A DNA stretch of 64,000 nucleotides from Puccinia triticina (lineage: Eukaryota), in assembly GCA_026914245.1 (NCBI GenBank), contig CP110440.1, positions 3,038,001 through 3,102,000 of the forward strand, read 5' to 3'. The translations under genes were made by a program, and so were the position numbers. The notes beneath the pieces were generated by a model. That model did not search any database and was not told the origin of the DNA. It saw only the letters and a program-made list of their open reading frames with translations. This document shows positions 1-13,315 of this stretch, piece by piece (positions within the stretch are counted from its first letter, which is position 1; the number at the start of each line of letters is the position of its first letter).

Positions 1-1911
1 GGGAAATTGATGTCGAATATCATGAGGGAAGCTACCAAGATCGTCCAGGACGACTTACAGCGCAAGCGCAATCTTATCATTTGTTTACCTCAAGAATCCA
101 AGATTGAACGGCCATACATCCGTCGCCGTCCCCGCTACGTCGTTGGCCACCCCAGCCAAGCACCCAGAGCCAAAGGAGAGCAAGAGTTCATCAGTCCATG
201 TCGGCGTCCATCCAGCACGTGATGTTGGACCAGATCATGTACACCGACGCCCCGGAGGCGGCCAGCTCTCCTCAGCCCACGAGATGTGGGTCGTTTCATC
301 GCCCCCAGCGCTGCTGCAGGAAATTCCACTGAGCCCGACTCTCAACAAGTTTTCAAGCATCCGGACCCGCAAGGCGTTAGAGGAGGAGCTCGGGCTGAGC
401 GCAGGGGACGCCAAGGCCGTGAAGCGGCGCACCAGCACTTCAAAGACAACAGCGGCAACGCAGTCCTGCACAAACTGGCCTACCCATGCGCAGCCTCTCT
501 GTCTAACCGCCCCCCAAACCCCCTTGCCCAACGGCTCACCGGCCCTATCCGCTCTCGTTGTCCCTGCAAACCTCGCCCACAGTCCCACCATCATCCATTT
601 CCCCGCCCCCTCCTCTGTTCATCCCACGTCGCGCCCAGGCAAAGGCAACCCTTCCCCACATTGCAAGCGGCACAATGTGAATGTTGAAAACCCTCACATC
701 ATGCACGTGCTTGGATGGAAATGTGCATGTATATTCATGGTCCGCTACCGCAGGGCCGCGGGAACCAGCCATCCCAACCAGGTCTCTACAATGAAAAGCA
801 TCAAGAGGAAACATGTCCTCTCCCACAAAGAGCTCCAGCATAAACTCCCTGAACAGAGCATCTTCCAAAGGGTGGCTGATGAGCCTGAAAGTCATCCACT
901 TATTCTCCCAAGGTAGACTTGTTAATGTTAGTTATTTATACTATCCAGCCCAATCCAAATGTGTTAATATCAATTTCAAACTTTAATTGATTTTTCCTCA
1001 GGAAAAGAATTTATAAAATTGCCAAGAAATTATGATTATCTCAAGGTGAGATTTAGATACCGTTCCTCAAGTAAGCATATGCATGCTGTGATCCAAGTTG
1101 GGGTTTTCATTAGATAGGTTTGATTGTTCACATGATGTGGGTTTAGGTTTGGCTAGACCCTGCCATCATTTACTTGTGTACATGGTGATCATTTAGGGTT
1201 CTCTAAGTTGAAAACATACAAAATTGAAGCCTCAGGAGTGCAAGTTCACTGCTGAAAAACTGTTATGGACCAGTTTGGAGGGGGCAGGGGAATGGTAGTA
1301 GATCACATTACACAGGATTCCATATCAACTTTTTGACATTTAGTCCAAGAGTGTATTATGTCAGGATTTTATGTGACCCAACCTTGAGAAATTATACACT
1401 CAGTTTAGCTAAGCACTGAGGCATTTTGTTTCAAATTTTTGCTCAGGCCCAGTCTGGTAGCAATGAAATTAAGGAAATTCATGATTCTTTTTTGCCTGAC
1501 ATCCATCCATCTGACATCTGATCAGCTCTTCTAAGGCCCCATTTGGACATACTGTTATATGTCATAATTGGGGCAAATTTATAATGTGCAAACCAAAATT
1601 CAAATTCCTGAAACCCCCAGGAGTCACACATCATAAATTCACACATTTATGGCATATAATGTGGCATCCAAACAGGGCCTAAAACTTCATCAGATTTCAT
1701 GTTCATGTGAATTACAAGAATCCACAGTATACTGCTGCCAAATAGAGCCTAAATTATTCTTTGAGATATTAAATTGGTTGTATTTTTTCTCTGGAAAAAG
1801 ACATGGACTAGGTAAACCTATCCACCTAGGTTGTAAGCTGTAACTTGTATTGGCTTGTAGGTTATATGTCTGCCAATGGAAGTACGGCGGCACAGCCGCC
1901 TTGATCTCTAG
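1..1911 (+). mobile_element. 3' part of a Helitron (5' end not identified, probably outside window)
   Basis: Hairpin GGCGGC-aca-GCCGCC (1886-1900), then TTGATCT-CTAG (CTAG 1908-1911) and a T. This is the same 3' architecture as the three other Helitron ends here. Confidence 0.65.
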
Positions 1912-4646
1912 TAAGTAGATAAACAAGAAAGAACAGACCATAGCAAAGGCATTGCAAACCTTGCAATATAAATTGTTTTGATTCATTTGCTCGGTTTGGT
2001 TTTGAGAAAAGTTTTGGTGGCAGTAGCAAACAATTTGATGTAATACAAAGTTTTCCAAGAAGTCAAATTCAACTTGATAAAAAGAGTTGCCAATAGTAGG
2101 AGCAATTCCATTTGGCAAAAGTAGTCTGGCTATCTCTTTGTTGTCAGCTTCTCAGGCCAATCTGGCGGAATAGTGCAAAGGGATGAAGATAGGCAAGTGT
2201 TGGGACATATTGAGTGGTTGTTGGATTGGTTGGTATATTGGTTGAGGATCAATTCAATGGATTGGTTGGAGTCAAAAAAGTAGGGAATCGTTGGGTTTAA
2301 ATACTCAAGAAAAGGATTGGTCAGAGGATTTCATGGCAGTCAATCAGAGTTGGATATTGCGCTGTGAAAATAAGATAAAAAAGGGGACCAATCCGGTGAA
2401 GTCCTGAAAAGCAGCCGTGGGTGAATCAGTTTTCAGGTCTTGATTAGTTATCAAAGATTGTTCAACACCTAGCCTTTCAAGAATCAATAGAACAAACAAA
2501 TTTCTGTAGATAAGTTAAACCTTCATAGTAAATGCAACTCAACCTGTGATACGTGCTGTTTGGATCAAAAGAGCATCCTGAAAAGAATCTGGATATCACA
2601 ATGATCAGATATCCAGCAAATGGAATAAAAAAATATTAAGAGGCTTACATGTGAAAATACATGATGAATGGCTGGATCAGTTTGATTAGCGCTGGACAAC
2701 GGATTGTAAATATAAGTTCTGAAAGTGTGTGTAAAAAAAAGAACGCTAGGAAAACTGAAAAGATCATTCACGGGAGAAGTGATTGAGAAAATGGCTTACG
2801 TTTAAAAATTGCTGCAAAGCCTTGGCAAAGATGAGCACACAAACAATCAGTTGAAAGGACGGCCAACAGAAACGTAAGGCTGTGAAAAATGATTGAGTTG
2901 GTTGATTGGGTAGTTTGGTGGAATGTTTGTGTGATCAGCGGAGAGGGTTGTCTAGGTTTAAGGATGATAATTGAGCTTGGCAGAATCAAAGTGATAAAGA
3001 AAATTGTGACATTCCGTGTATCCTTCATAGTTAACATGATCTATAAAGGTGGATATTGAAATTTGATAATCATGGATTTAAAACATGAAGATTCTGACAA
3101 AGCTCAATAATTTGAATTATAAATTTATAACTCTGGCCGCAGAGTGTGCTTCCCCCAAAATCAAACATTGATCATGTGCGCGCTAAGTGCGCTCCACCGC
3201 AGCCTAGTCGCAAACGCCTGTCATTTCAGTTAATGATCAAAATTTAATTTAAAACTACGCCGCATTTCAACGCACGTAGGTTGCAGAAATCAGCACAATC
3301 TTTATTAATCACTTTCCTTTATGAAATCACATGCACTGAGGTGCAGGATCAGCACTCAGGCATTAAAAATTGAATTGATTTCTTTGCATTTCATTTTGGC
3401 TACAATTTTGGATTTTGTCTGAGGAGAAACAAATAAGTTGGGAGGGGATGTGGTGAGACCAATCTAAACCAAGCTCCTTAAAAATTACATTAAAATACAA
3501 TTTATATATATTACATTTATGTACACACCGTCAAAAAGTGTGGAAGAAATTCGTTTACAAGACTAGAGGCAAAGGCGGCTGCGCCGCTGTACACCCTATA
3601 TCAGGCACCAGTGTAGGCTACCACTACCCAGAACTGATTTATTTAACATTCCCTCAATTGTGTGCCCCCCCCCAATTGTTGGTATTTTCTCATCAATGCT
3701 AAATATGAAAAACAAATTGTCAAGCAGAATCAATAGGACACTCCCTTGAATTCTCAATGAAATCAAAATAATTCATTGAGGATTCCTCAATCAGGTATGT
3801 GAATGTTTCAAAGACTTGTTAAGTGCAAACATGTTTGCCTTGAAGAACTTGCCGTTATCATAGTTCCTGTACATGAATCGGTGTTTGAAGCCATTCATCA
3901 ACAGGACCTCAATCAGCAATTTCATCAGGGTGATCAGTTTCACCTTGGTGTTGCCCAAGTAAAATATCAAGAAATCTTTCTGCAAGGAGAAAATTTTCTG
4001 CTCATTATCCATGAACTTCAAAGATCCTGGCAGAGAACTGGGCCATACCCATATCAAATTATACAAGACCAGAGAGTACCTTTGACTTCTGAAATATACT
4101 GAGAATATCAAATGAAAGAATTGGTTTTGATAGATGTTTTATTTTAAACCAAGAAATTCTGAAACCACTAACAATAAGCATGGAATCACCTAATTCACAC
4201 ATGAGATCAACTGAGATATCCACAATAATTGAATTTATGAAAAAAAAAATCAACAAAACAGTGACTGTCTTGTCCACAATGTTTTTTTTTTTTTTAGGAA
4301 GGAAGATGAAAAAGTTTAAATAACAGAATAATTCATTGAAACTGATTTACAGTTTTTAGTAGACTTCTAGAAGAAGATTAATCAAGAAGATCAGGAAATC
4401 ATTGAGAAAGAAGACTTTATACAGGATTTACACAATTTATTGAAGTGCAATAAAAAAATTTCTATGATCAATACTTGGAAAAATCAGCGCGTGGGTTGTG
4501 GTCAATGGCCTGTCATCTGCTCAAATATTGGGCAGAACAAAGTGGAAGAGGTTTTTTTCCATCATCCTGCAAATAAAAGTCCTACTGGTTGAATCTGTAA
4601 AAAACAATTTGGCATAATAAACGGCTGCAGGGCGAGGAGTACTTAC

Positions 4647-4748
4647 TTTGTCCCAAGAGTCCATACTCGCGCCCAGTAATAAGTGACCACTCTCTGGAAA
4701 GAGTCAGGTGGGCGAGACAGCCTTGGTATGGCCCATCCAGGTGTTAAT
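4647..4748 (-). pseudogene. PRP17: Captured exon fragment of PRP17/CDC40-like WD40 splicing factor
   Basis: Manual translation INTWMGHTKAVSPT*LFPESGHLLLGASMDSWDK resembles the first WD40 repeat of Prp17 (HTWxGHTKxVSAxRLFPxSGHLLLSxSMD). Followed by a GTAAGT donor at 4646-4641. Confidence 0.75.
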
Positions 4749-4840
4749 GTAACAAAGTTGGTGTCAGCTTCAGCATCAATAAATGTCTCCACACTATTGG
4801 GCTAGGCTCACGATGGCTGGGATGACAAGCGGGAACTCAC

Positions 4841-4945
4841 CCAATCGCGCCCAAGCATTCATCGGGCAGTAAAATTCAAAATGTTCGCAATCGAAGTCAA
4901 TTTGGCCTGCAAGAAGCGGTGGTCAAGCAACGTGAGTTCGGTCAA
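4841..4945 (-). pseudogene. Captured exon fragment of a B-type cyclin (C-terminal cyclin fold)
   Basis: Manual translation LTELTLLDHRFLQAKLTSIANILNFTAR*MLGRDW resembles fungal cyclin B (LTEvTLLDHRFL..KPS..A.....AR.MLG.DW). Followed by a GTGAGT donor at 4840-4835. Confidence 0.7.
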
Positions 4946-7004
4946 AGCGAACACCGCGGGAGAGTCTACATGAAGCATGGGATGTAGTCATGATACTGAT
5001 CTAGTTGCAGAGAGGGCCAAGACGGGCACGTCAAGAGGATACGCCACAAGCGAGTCGCCATAGTCTGCCATGGTTGGAATTTGGGCGGGACTGTAGGGTC
5101 ATTAGCGTGAGTTATCAGTTGGGCCTGCGCTGAATTCAAAGCAAGATTGGATATTTTAGTATGTACATGGGGGCCTCTTTCAGGCTGGTTAGAGTGCAAG
5201 GGTGCGGGTCTAGATGGTGGCGAGACGGGTAAGCTATGCTTACTGGGAAGGTTTGATTTGACCTTTTTACTGCATGGTTGACTGAGCAAAGGTTGGTGTG
5301 AGGTCGCCGGAAAAACAGGGCATGCAGCTAAGTGAGATTACGCGGTGTGCCGCGGTTTGGATGAGACAAATAAGGTTTACTGTTGTAGTTATGGTGCCAG
5401 TTGTTCTGGAGTAGACCGCGGTTGGCCGCGACTGGGTTGCGTGTACGTAAGGTGGAGAAAACTTGTTGCGAGGTGGTTTATGGTTCAACCGGCGGCGTGG
5501 CGTTTGCGTAGGACGAAGCGCGTTGGAAGAGGCGAAAGGAGGTCTTAGAAGGAGCGGAAGGACGAGCTGTTGTGGTGGAGTCGGTTGCATGGTTGTGTTG
5601 TTGTGGATAAGTTGGGAATGTTGAGGCTGTTTGGTTGTGTGGGGAAACTGTAGTGGGGAAGGTTGGTTGAGAGGGTAAGGGGCCGTTGTCTTAGAGACAG
5701 GATACATTGGTTGGCGGTTGTGGCAAGGTGGGCATTGGGTGGAGTTGAGATGGAGCCTATAAAAGGGCAACATTGATGATTGTTTATATCGGCAGTCGAC
5801 CGACTGAGCTGCAATTCCAGCCAGTTGGTTGACTCAACCCCTCCGCTGTTGCACTTGCACAGTCCAAGGGTTAATTCTTGTGCTGCAATTCCAGCCAGAG
5901 TTGACTCAACCCCCTCCACTGTTGCATTTGCGCAGTCTGAGGAATAATTCTTGGTGACCCCCCTTTGCAATTGCCTTAAATGCGGCGCGCTGGGGGTCAT
6001 CTTCCCACTACTTTAACCCTCTCTAGGAGAGGATGGGTAGTGGGTCTAGTGTGGTGGTTGCGGAGTGTTTTTTTAAATGATCTGTAGGGGAAACCCTTGA
6101 TTTTTGTTTTTGTGTTTGTCTGTCTTTAATAAACTTGGATATAAGACAATTACATACAAATTACATGAGAACTGTTTATCTTAATGCGCTCAAAAGCGCT
6201 GAACACCCTCAAAATAACATGTACACATTTTTGCTTTCATATGGTGTTTATTTTATCAAAAGTTCACTTAAAAATCACACAAGTCTTGGCAATCACCTGT
6301 AAATGGCAATGTTTTCCCCAATAGGAAATTTCCCCACATAGATCTTCAATCACATGTAGCAAATCACTTCATAGATGTAATTTGCCTTCCCAATTAAACT
6401 GAGCCAAGTGATCATAACCCAAAGGGGAAAATTGTTTTCATTACATATGTAAATCTTTCCCAAATGGTACATTTCTTTCACATTACATTGAACAGCTTTC
6501 CCCATTAGTACATTTATTTCACTACATTGTAAATCACTCTCAGGCGTGATTTTTCCTATAAACGGAGGCCTCTCTTGCCCCTTCTTGTTTTATTTCACCC
6601 TCATGCTTGCACTAGTGAATAATTATTGATATTGTTCAGCAACATCACTTCAAAAATTGCCCCATCCAACATTGTCTTCAAAAATTGCCCCTTATCAACA
6701 ATTGCCTTACATCTCATCTTGACTCAAAAATCTGACTTATTAATTTAAGCTCAGGAATCTCCCAGAGTATCCATCACGTCAAAACATTCTAAAGTTAAAT
6801 ATTAAATCAAAATTACATATTGCAAGGTTTAGAACAGTAACAAGATTTCAATGGCTAAATTCAGGAAGATTGTGCCACACTAAAATAAATAGTGTATCTC
6901 CTAGAGCTTAATTACAGGAGGGCAGCCCTTCAAGCACCCGTGTAAACTGTCAAATCCATGATATTTACATTTCTCCTCCAAGCTCTGCTTACGCTTTGCG
7001 TGAG

Positions 7005-8131
7005 AGTTCCAAAACGCTGGGATGAGATATATTGGCAGAAACAACAAGAAACTACCAAAGTGGTGATATTTAGGAACTGATCAGACTTTAGCTGCTACAT
7101 TTGGGGGTTGTGTGGTCAGTAAAGGTACATGATGAATCTTTGGGGGCTTGCATACATTTTGGTAACCATATAGCAGAGGAATTCCCACTCTGGGATGAGA
7201 TATAGTGGCAGAAACACCAAGAAACTACCAAAGTAGTGATATTTGGGAATTGATCAGACTGTAGCTGCTACATTTGGGGGTTTTGTGGTCATTAAAGGTA
7301 CATAATGAAACTTTTGGGGCCTTTTAAACATTTTGGTAACCATATGGCAGAAGAATTTACGCACTGGGATGAAACATAGTGGCAGAAACACCAAGAATCT
7401 ACCAAAGTAGTGATATTTGGGAACTGATCAGACTGTAGCAGCTACATTTGGGGGTTTTGTGGTCATTAAAGGTACATAATGAATCTTTGAGGGCGCTTAT
7501 AGACATTTTGGTAACCATATGGCAGAAGGATTCCCATGCTGGGATGAGATATGGCAGCACATACACCAAGAAACTACCAAAGTAGTAAAATTTGGGAACT
7601 GATCAGACTGTAGTTGCTACATTTGGGGGTTTCTTGATCAGTAAAGGTAAATTATGAATCTTTGGGGCCTTTTAAAAACTTTTGTAACCATATGGCAGAA
7701 GAAGTCCCGCACTGGGATGAGATATAGTGGCAGATACACCAAGAAAACACCAAAGTAGTGATATTTGGGAACTGATCAGACCGTAGCTGCTACATTTGGG
7801 GGTTTCTTGGTCAGTAAAGGTACATGATGAATTGTTGGGGACTTGGATACATTTTGGTAACCACATGGCAGAAGAATTCCCATGCTGGGATGAGATATAC
7901 TGGCAAAAACACCAAGAAACTACCAAAGTAGTGATATTTGGGAACTGATCAGACTGTAGCTGCTACATTTGGCGGTTTTGTGGTCATTATAGGTACATAA
8001 TGGATCTTTGGTGGCCTGTCAACATTTTGGTAACCACATGGCAGAAGGATTCCCACACTGCAATGAGATACAGTGGCAGAAACACCAAGAAACTATCAAA
8101 GTAGTGATATTTGGAAACTGATCAGACTGTA
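7005..8131. repeat. Tandem satellite, 173-175 bp unit, ~6.5 copies
   Basis: CTGGGATGA-like anchor at 7017, 7190, 7364, 7539, 7712, 7885 and 8058. The last unit is cut at 8131 by an LTR. Confidence 0.95.
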
Positions 8132-8843
8132 TGTTGGGGTGGGTCTTTAATATGACAAGGCCCGGCTAAGCAACACCAGTAAGTGTCTACAGATACATGC
8201 TTGCGGAGCAGAGAACACCCAGTAAGGGGAGACCAAAGTCAGTCTCAACTCTACAGACTAGGTGGGAGGAGGAGCCACTCCTCTCAATGGAAGGGCCTGG
8301 GTAGAGCGGAGTTGTACCGGGATCAAAGGATTCACTCAAATATAGCTAGGAAAAATTAAGGGCGGGATCCTGCCAGCTTACCTTGTTGGAGACTGTAGAG
8401 GATCCAATAAGCAAAGCTGGAGCTGGGGATGAGTAGTGGAGAGGAGGTTGGTCAAGAGAAGCAGATTGTTCGAGGTCAGGAGCTAAGAAAAAGGAAAAGA
8501 AAAGCTGTTGTTGAGTTTTCAAGGATAAAAGCCCCAATTGTTGAGTATGCTCAACAATATAGGCGGGCTTGGTACCAAAAAACTCTGGGGGACCAAACTC
8601 TCTTGAGAGAGCCCCTACTATATGAGAAGATTGAGATCTGGTCCCGGAAGCTCATCTCCTCCTAACTTCTGGCCTGCTGTTAAGGGGGCATAATAAACAT
8701 CACGCAGACTGAGTCACTCAATACAAGTGACTCAGCTGTCCTGCTAAAAAGCCACGAACTGGTGCTGTGCTTCACAGTGGAGGACCCATAGTTGCGACTC
8801 CTTGTTGGCCCTCTGCACTGTTGGAACTAGCAGAGGGCTGACA
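8132..8843 (-). repeat. 3' LTR of Gypsy-A
   Basis: Minus strand begins TGTCAGCC (8843) right after TGTGGGGGCAAG and ends ...CCCCAACA (8132), exactly where the satellite is cut. Confidence 0.75.
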
Positions 8844-8943
8844 CTTGCCCCCACAAAAAAGGACAGCTTGGATTTGAGCCTCCGGTTTCCTCTTCTGAGC
8901 ACAAAACCTACAAAGTAAAGTATCAGCATTTGGTATTGCCGAC

Positions 8944-10032
8944 TGTCAGCTGGGCTACTATAATAAGTTAGAGCCCGGCTAACTATTGTAGCATAACAAA
9001 AATTATATGTAATTATAGCGGCGCAGAGCGCCCCGTACAAAATATAGTTCTTTCTTGTAAAAAGACCTAGCTGCGGCGCAGAGCGCCGCATACATAATAA
9101 GTAAAGGTTCCTTAGTCGAGTAAGGAAAACTAATCTCTGGCCGAAGAATCGGCAAGAGAAAGAACATTAGTTCAAACCCGTTCTCAAGCCAAGAGAATGG
9201 GTCGCCAGACACTCTCAAGAGACTACTGAACAAAGAGTAGTCTCCACAAGAAATAGAAGAACTTCGGTTGGGGAGGAGAGAAACAGAATTATACTACTCC
9301 TCCTCCCCGGCTGATGATGGAACATAAAACTCGCTGTTCCTCAAGCCGAGGAATAGCAAAAAGGACCAGATGACAAATAGAAAATGAACGGGAGCGAAGG
9401 GACTAGTATAATCTCCCTTCACTCCCGTCACCCTTGTCAGAAGCACGCTTCCTCCGGCCGAGAAACCGAGGAAGCCTGTGCAATAAGAGCTACAACCCTA
9501 CCGGTTGTAGCTCAAATATATAAACAAGGGCCTTTGGGCAAAGGAAGGCCCCTCAGATACCTTTATAACCAGTCCGACGCCTCGCCAGTCTTGCCACTTG
9601 TCTCTTCAACCAGTTTGCCAGCCTGACCTTGCCTCGACTTCGGTTTTTCGGATCAATTGTGTTTTTTTACCGCAGACTTCCTTTTACAAGTAAGTCTGCG
9701 TTTTTTTCCTTTCTACTGGGATTTTTATCCCCTATATCTCCTGGGAGCGTCTCAACGCGCAAATACCCCCTTTGTTAGGGGCCCCAGACGTCACAGTTCA
9801 CAAACACCCCTGCGCATCCCGTGCGCAGGCCCTGTAAGAACTGCGGAGGGCACTAAAACACCCCAGGCGCCCCTGGCCCCTCCGTTAACCCCTTTTTTGG
9901 GTTCATTAGAAATAGCTTCTCTAGCTATTTTGCACTTTTTACTGCGCTTTTGCTGCGCGCGCTACTGTACCATGCTCTGTCGCCGGCGTAGCTAGAAGAG
10001 CACTCGTGCTCTTGGCATCACCAAGCCTGACA
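8944..10032. repeat. Solo LTR inserted in the Gypsy-A chromodomain
   Basis: TGTCAG...CTGACA termini with TSD CCGAC/CCAAC (one transition). Removal restores ...WEKWLPQ|SAIPNADTLLCRF. Confidence 0.85.
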
Positions 10033-13000
10033 CCAACTGAGGCAACCACTTTTCCCAATCGGCGGGCTTCTTTTTGAAATGCGTCAGGTACGATCAGCAG
10101 TCCTGCTCCTGTACGCAAGTCAACTTCTCGTCCAATATTTTGGAGGGAAAAGCCTCATCTGGATTGTCCTCTGCTGGTGGGATTACCAACGGCGGAGGCG
10201 CATCATGAGCATTCCCCGGCGTGACATACTTTTTCAAAAGGCTGACCGGGAAAGTCAGATGTTTAAAATCATACCCCTCAGTTAGGATCACCTCAACAGC
10301 ATTACGGCCATGAAGTGCCTTAACAAAGAAAGGGCCTACAAAGGCATCCTTCAGCTTCCGGTTACCCCCCAGATTCTGAAAGTTTACTGTTGACACCAGA
10401 ACTCTGTCTCCAAAAGTAATATCATGATTGCGGTGTGTCTTGTCCCAACGCTCCTTGTTATAGGCAACGGACTCCTGAATACACTTGCTTGCATGTTTTT
10501 CAGCACTCAACATCATTTGCTGGAAGCGCTCCGCCAATGGATGCAAGGTCACTGCTTTGCTCAGCAGGAGATTGCGCGGCATGTGGGGAATCCACCCTTT
10601 CTCCAGCTCAAATGGTGTTTTTCCTGTGGACGCATGTATACTGGAGTTGTACGCGTATTCTAGCGCCGGTAACACCAATACCCAGTCGTGAGTGTAACCC
10701 TTGCTGTCCTTGAAATTCAGGCCAAAGGCGCAAAATCCGCGGATCATATCTTCTAGCGTTTGTATCATACGCTCTGCCAGGCCATCTGTCTGGGGATGGT
10801 ACGCCGTAGAGAATGCCAGCTTAGTACCCAATAAATCAAAAAGATTCTGCCAAAACTCAGATGTAAATTTTGGGTCGCAATCACTGATGATAACTTTAGG
10901 GCACCCCACATCATTGATAATAGAAGACCAGAAGAGAAGGGCAATGTCCATAGCGGTGCTGTATTTATAACACGGCAGAAATCTGGCCCTCTTTGAAAAT
11001 CAATCAACAACTACCAGCACTGAGTTAAAATTCTCTTTCCCCCCAGGCGGCAACCCCGTAACAAAATCCATATTAATTACTTCCCATTGTTGTTTTGGTT
11101 CCTCAATTGCTTGAAGCAACCCGTACCGCTTCCCAGTTGCACGATTTGCTTTCTGACACCGGTTGCAGCTTTGACAATACTCTTCTACCCTTGAAGCCCA
11201 ACCTGGCCACCAAGGTAACACCCGTAATGTCTCAACAGTGTGGTCCCTAGAAAAGTGGCCCGCGGTGATACCATCATGGCATTTGTGCAACATGGTCTTG
11301 ATGTGATCCTTGGATACCAGGACCAAAGCACAATGGTTCCCGGTTCGGTGGTAGAGCAGCCCATTGAGTAGCACAAATCTTCCTGCGGCAAAGTTGGCTT
11401 TCCATGGCTCTTCCAGCTGTGTAACCAGATCTTGCTGGATATACTTCGACCGCAGGATACTAATCAGACAAGCCGTGTTTTTTTTCAACTCGTAGCTTGC
11501 TTCCACAGAGTCCCAAAAAGCCTCTGTCAAACCACTAATAGCAATTGCCATGATAGGCAACTCCCGGCTTAGTTCTTCAAGGTCCAAAGCCGGGTTGCTT
11601 GCATCATTTGGTAATGCCCATTGCGACAAGCCATCAGCATTTTTGTGAATCAGGCCATTGCAATGGACAATCATCATCAAACCACGCCAGTCCTGCACCA
11701 AAATCTGCCACCGCAACATGTGTCTACTGGCTGGCTTCATGTTAAGGAGAGACTTCAGCGCAATGCAGTCCGGAATAACTTTGAACACACAACCGTCTAA
11801 GTAGTAGTATAGCTTACCTAGCGCCCATACAAGGCACAGACATTCCAGCTGGGAAGCGCCATATCTTTTTCCGGACTCCTTCAGCTGTCTGGAAATGAAG
11901 CAGATAGGGCCCTCTTGTTCTTGGTCCCCAACCATTTGAATCTGATGCAGCGCCGCACCAAGACCCTCCATGCAGGGGTCCACATAAAGCCTGAAGGGTC
12001 TTTTGGGATTGGGGTGAAACAGCAAGGGCACTGTAGTAAGAGCTACCTGCAAGGCCTTATAGGCCTCAACCCTCTCTTGGGTCATCTCAAACGCAACATT
12101 GGGACTACAAATTTTGTAGAGGCTCAAGGCCATTTTGTTGAAATCTTTGATGTGTAACCCGTAGTACCCTGCAAAGCCCAAAAAGGATTGCAGTTCCTTC
12201 ACGGTAACCGGTATTGCCTTCATCAAAACCGCTGCCACTTGTCCCTTATCAATTCCCAATGTCAACCCATTGACAATGTGACTGAGGGCCTTCAGCTCTG
12301 AAAACCCAAATAATCACTTGGTGATTGAAATCTTCATCCCCATGTTGCAAATTTTAGATAGAACACATGAAAGTTTAGAAAGGTGGTCCTTCCATGTATT
12401 GGTGAAAATAATTAAGTCATCAATATATACTATCAGCCAAAGCTGACTGATCTCTTCATGAAACTTGGTGTCCATCATCCGCTGGAAGTGGGATGGCCCG
12501 TTTTTAATGCCAAAAGGCATCCTTAAGCATTCATGTACCCCCATATGGGAGATGATGCAAATTAGGTAACGGCAACTCTTCTCCTCAACAATGTTCTGGT
12601 GGAAACCTTTCAACACATCCATACATGTGATGAACTTTGCACCATATAGCTTAGTGAGGGATTCTGAAATCTTAGGCATTGGGTAGCAGTCCGGGGTAGT
12701 GTAGGTATTTAGAGCTCTAAAATCACCAACTAGCCATGATTTACCATTATTCCAGGCAATGATTACCGGCGTGGTGATTTCAACACCCTCATTGGACCCT
12801 ACCTTCCTAAGAATGCCCATCTTGGTCAGTAGCACAATATGCTCCTCAATAGCTGCCTTAGTACGCGGACTTGCTGGGTAAGGAGCCTTCCTCAACGCCG
12901 GCGGATACGGCTTCTCTACCGTAAGCGTGATCTCCACCTCATAACCCTTAATGGCCCCAAACGGCTGATCAATTGTTGCAAATGCCATTTTGAAAGTCTC

Positions 13001-13315
13001 CAACACTTTCACCAGTTGGCACTTTTGCGTTGACAAAATCTCTTGAGAAATTTTAGAGTCACAATCTATTTTGTCACTGAACGTGAGCGGCAAGGCCTCC
13101 TCTGGGAGAACTGTGTTTATGGTCTTGTCAAAATCAAACACACACTTCCCTATTGTAAATTGACGCCGGTCATTGTTAAGGAGAGAAATCTTATAGTGCG
13201 CAAGGTAGTTGTTACCCACTATAAAATACCTGGAACTCATGTTCTCCATCACCACAAACTGTATCACCATGCAGATGGTACTCAGCTGCAGCTTAATGTT
13301 CACGACTCCCAGCGG
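10033..13315 (-). pseudogene. pol: Gypsy-A pol: RT, RNase H, integrase, chromodomain N-half (stops/frameshifts)
   Basis: RT motifs MPFGIKNGPSHFQ and YIDD. RNase H PICFISRQLK. Integrase H..GH..C..C, MDFVTGLP, YHPQTDGLAER and GPF. Confidence 0.95.

Larger units (their letters stand above)
3563..6139 (-). mobile_element. Non-autonomous Helitron with captured gene fragments
   Basis: Minus-strand 5' end TCCAAGTTTATTAAAGAC (6139). 3' end GCGGC-gca-GCCGC...CTCTAG (3563). Inserted between A and T with no TSD. Termini are shared with 51354-54276. Confidence 0.9.
3449..7005 (+). mobile_element. Probable 3' LTR of a TGTGGTG-type LTR element, interrupted by a Helitron
   Basis: Purine tract GGAGGGGA (3441-3448) directly precedes TGTGGTG, as at the 21688 LTR start. 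There is a TATA-like CCTATAAA near 6555. The right end is undefined and runs into the satellite. Confidence 0.45.

Noticed and set aside
104..916. 270-aa ORF as a host gene
   Set aside because: Low-complexity with no recognisable domain; probably mosaic Helitron cargo.
7005..8131. CRISPR-like array
   Set aside because: Whole units repeat with no unique spacers and there are no cas genes; this is a eukaryotic satellite.
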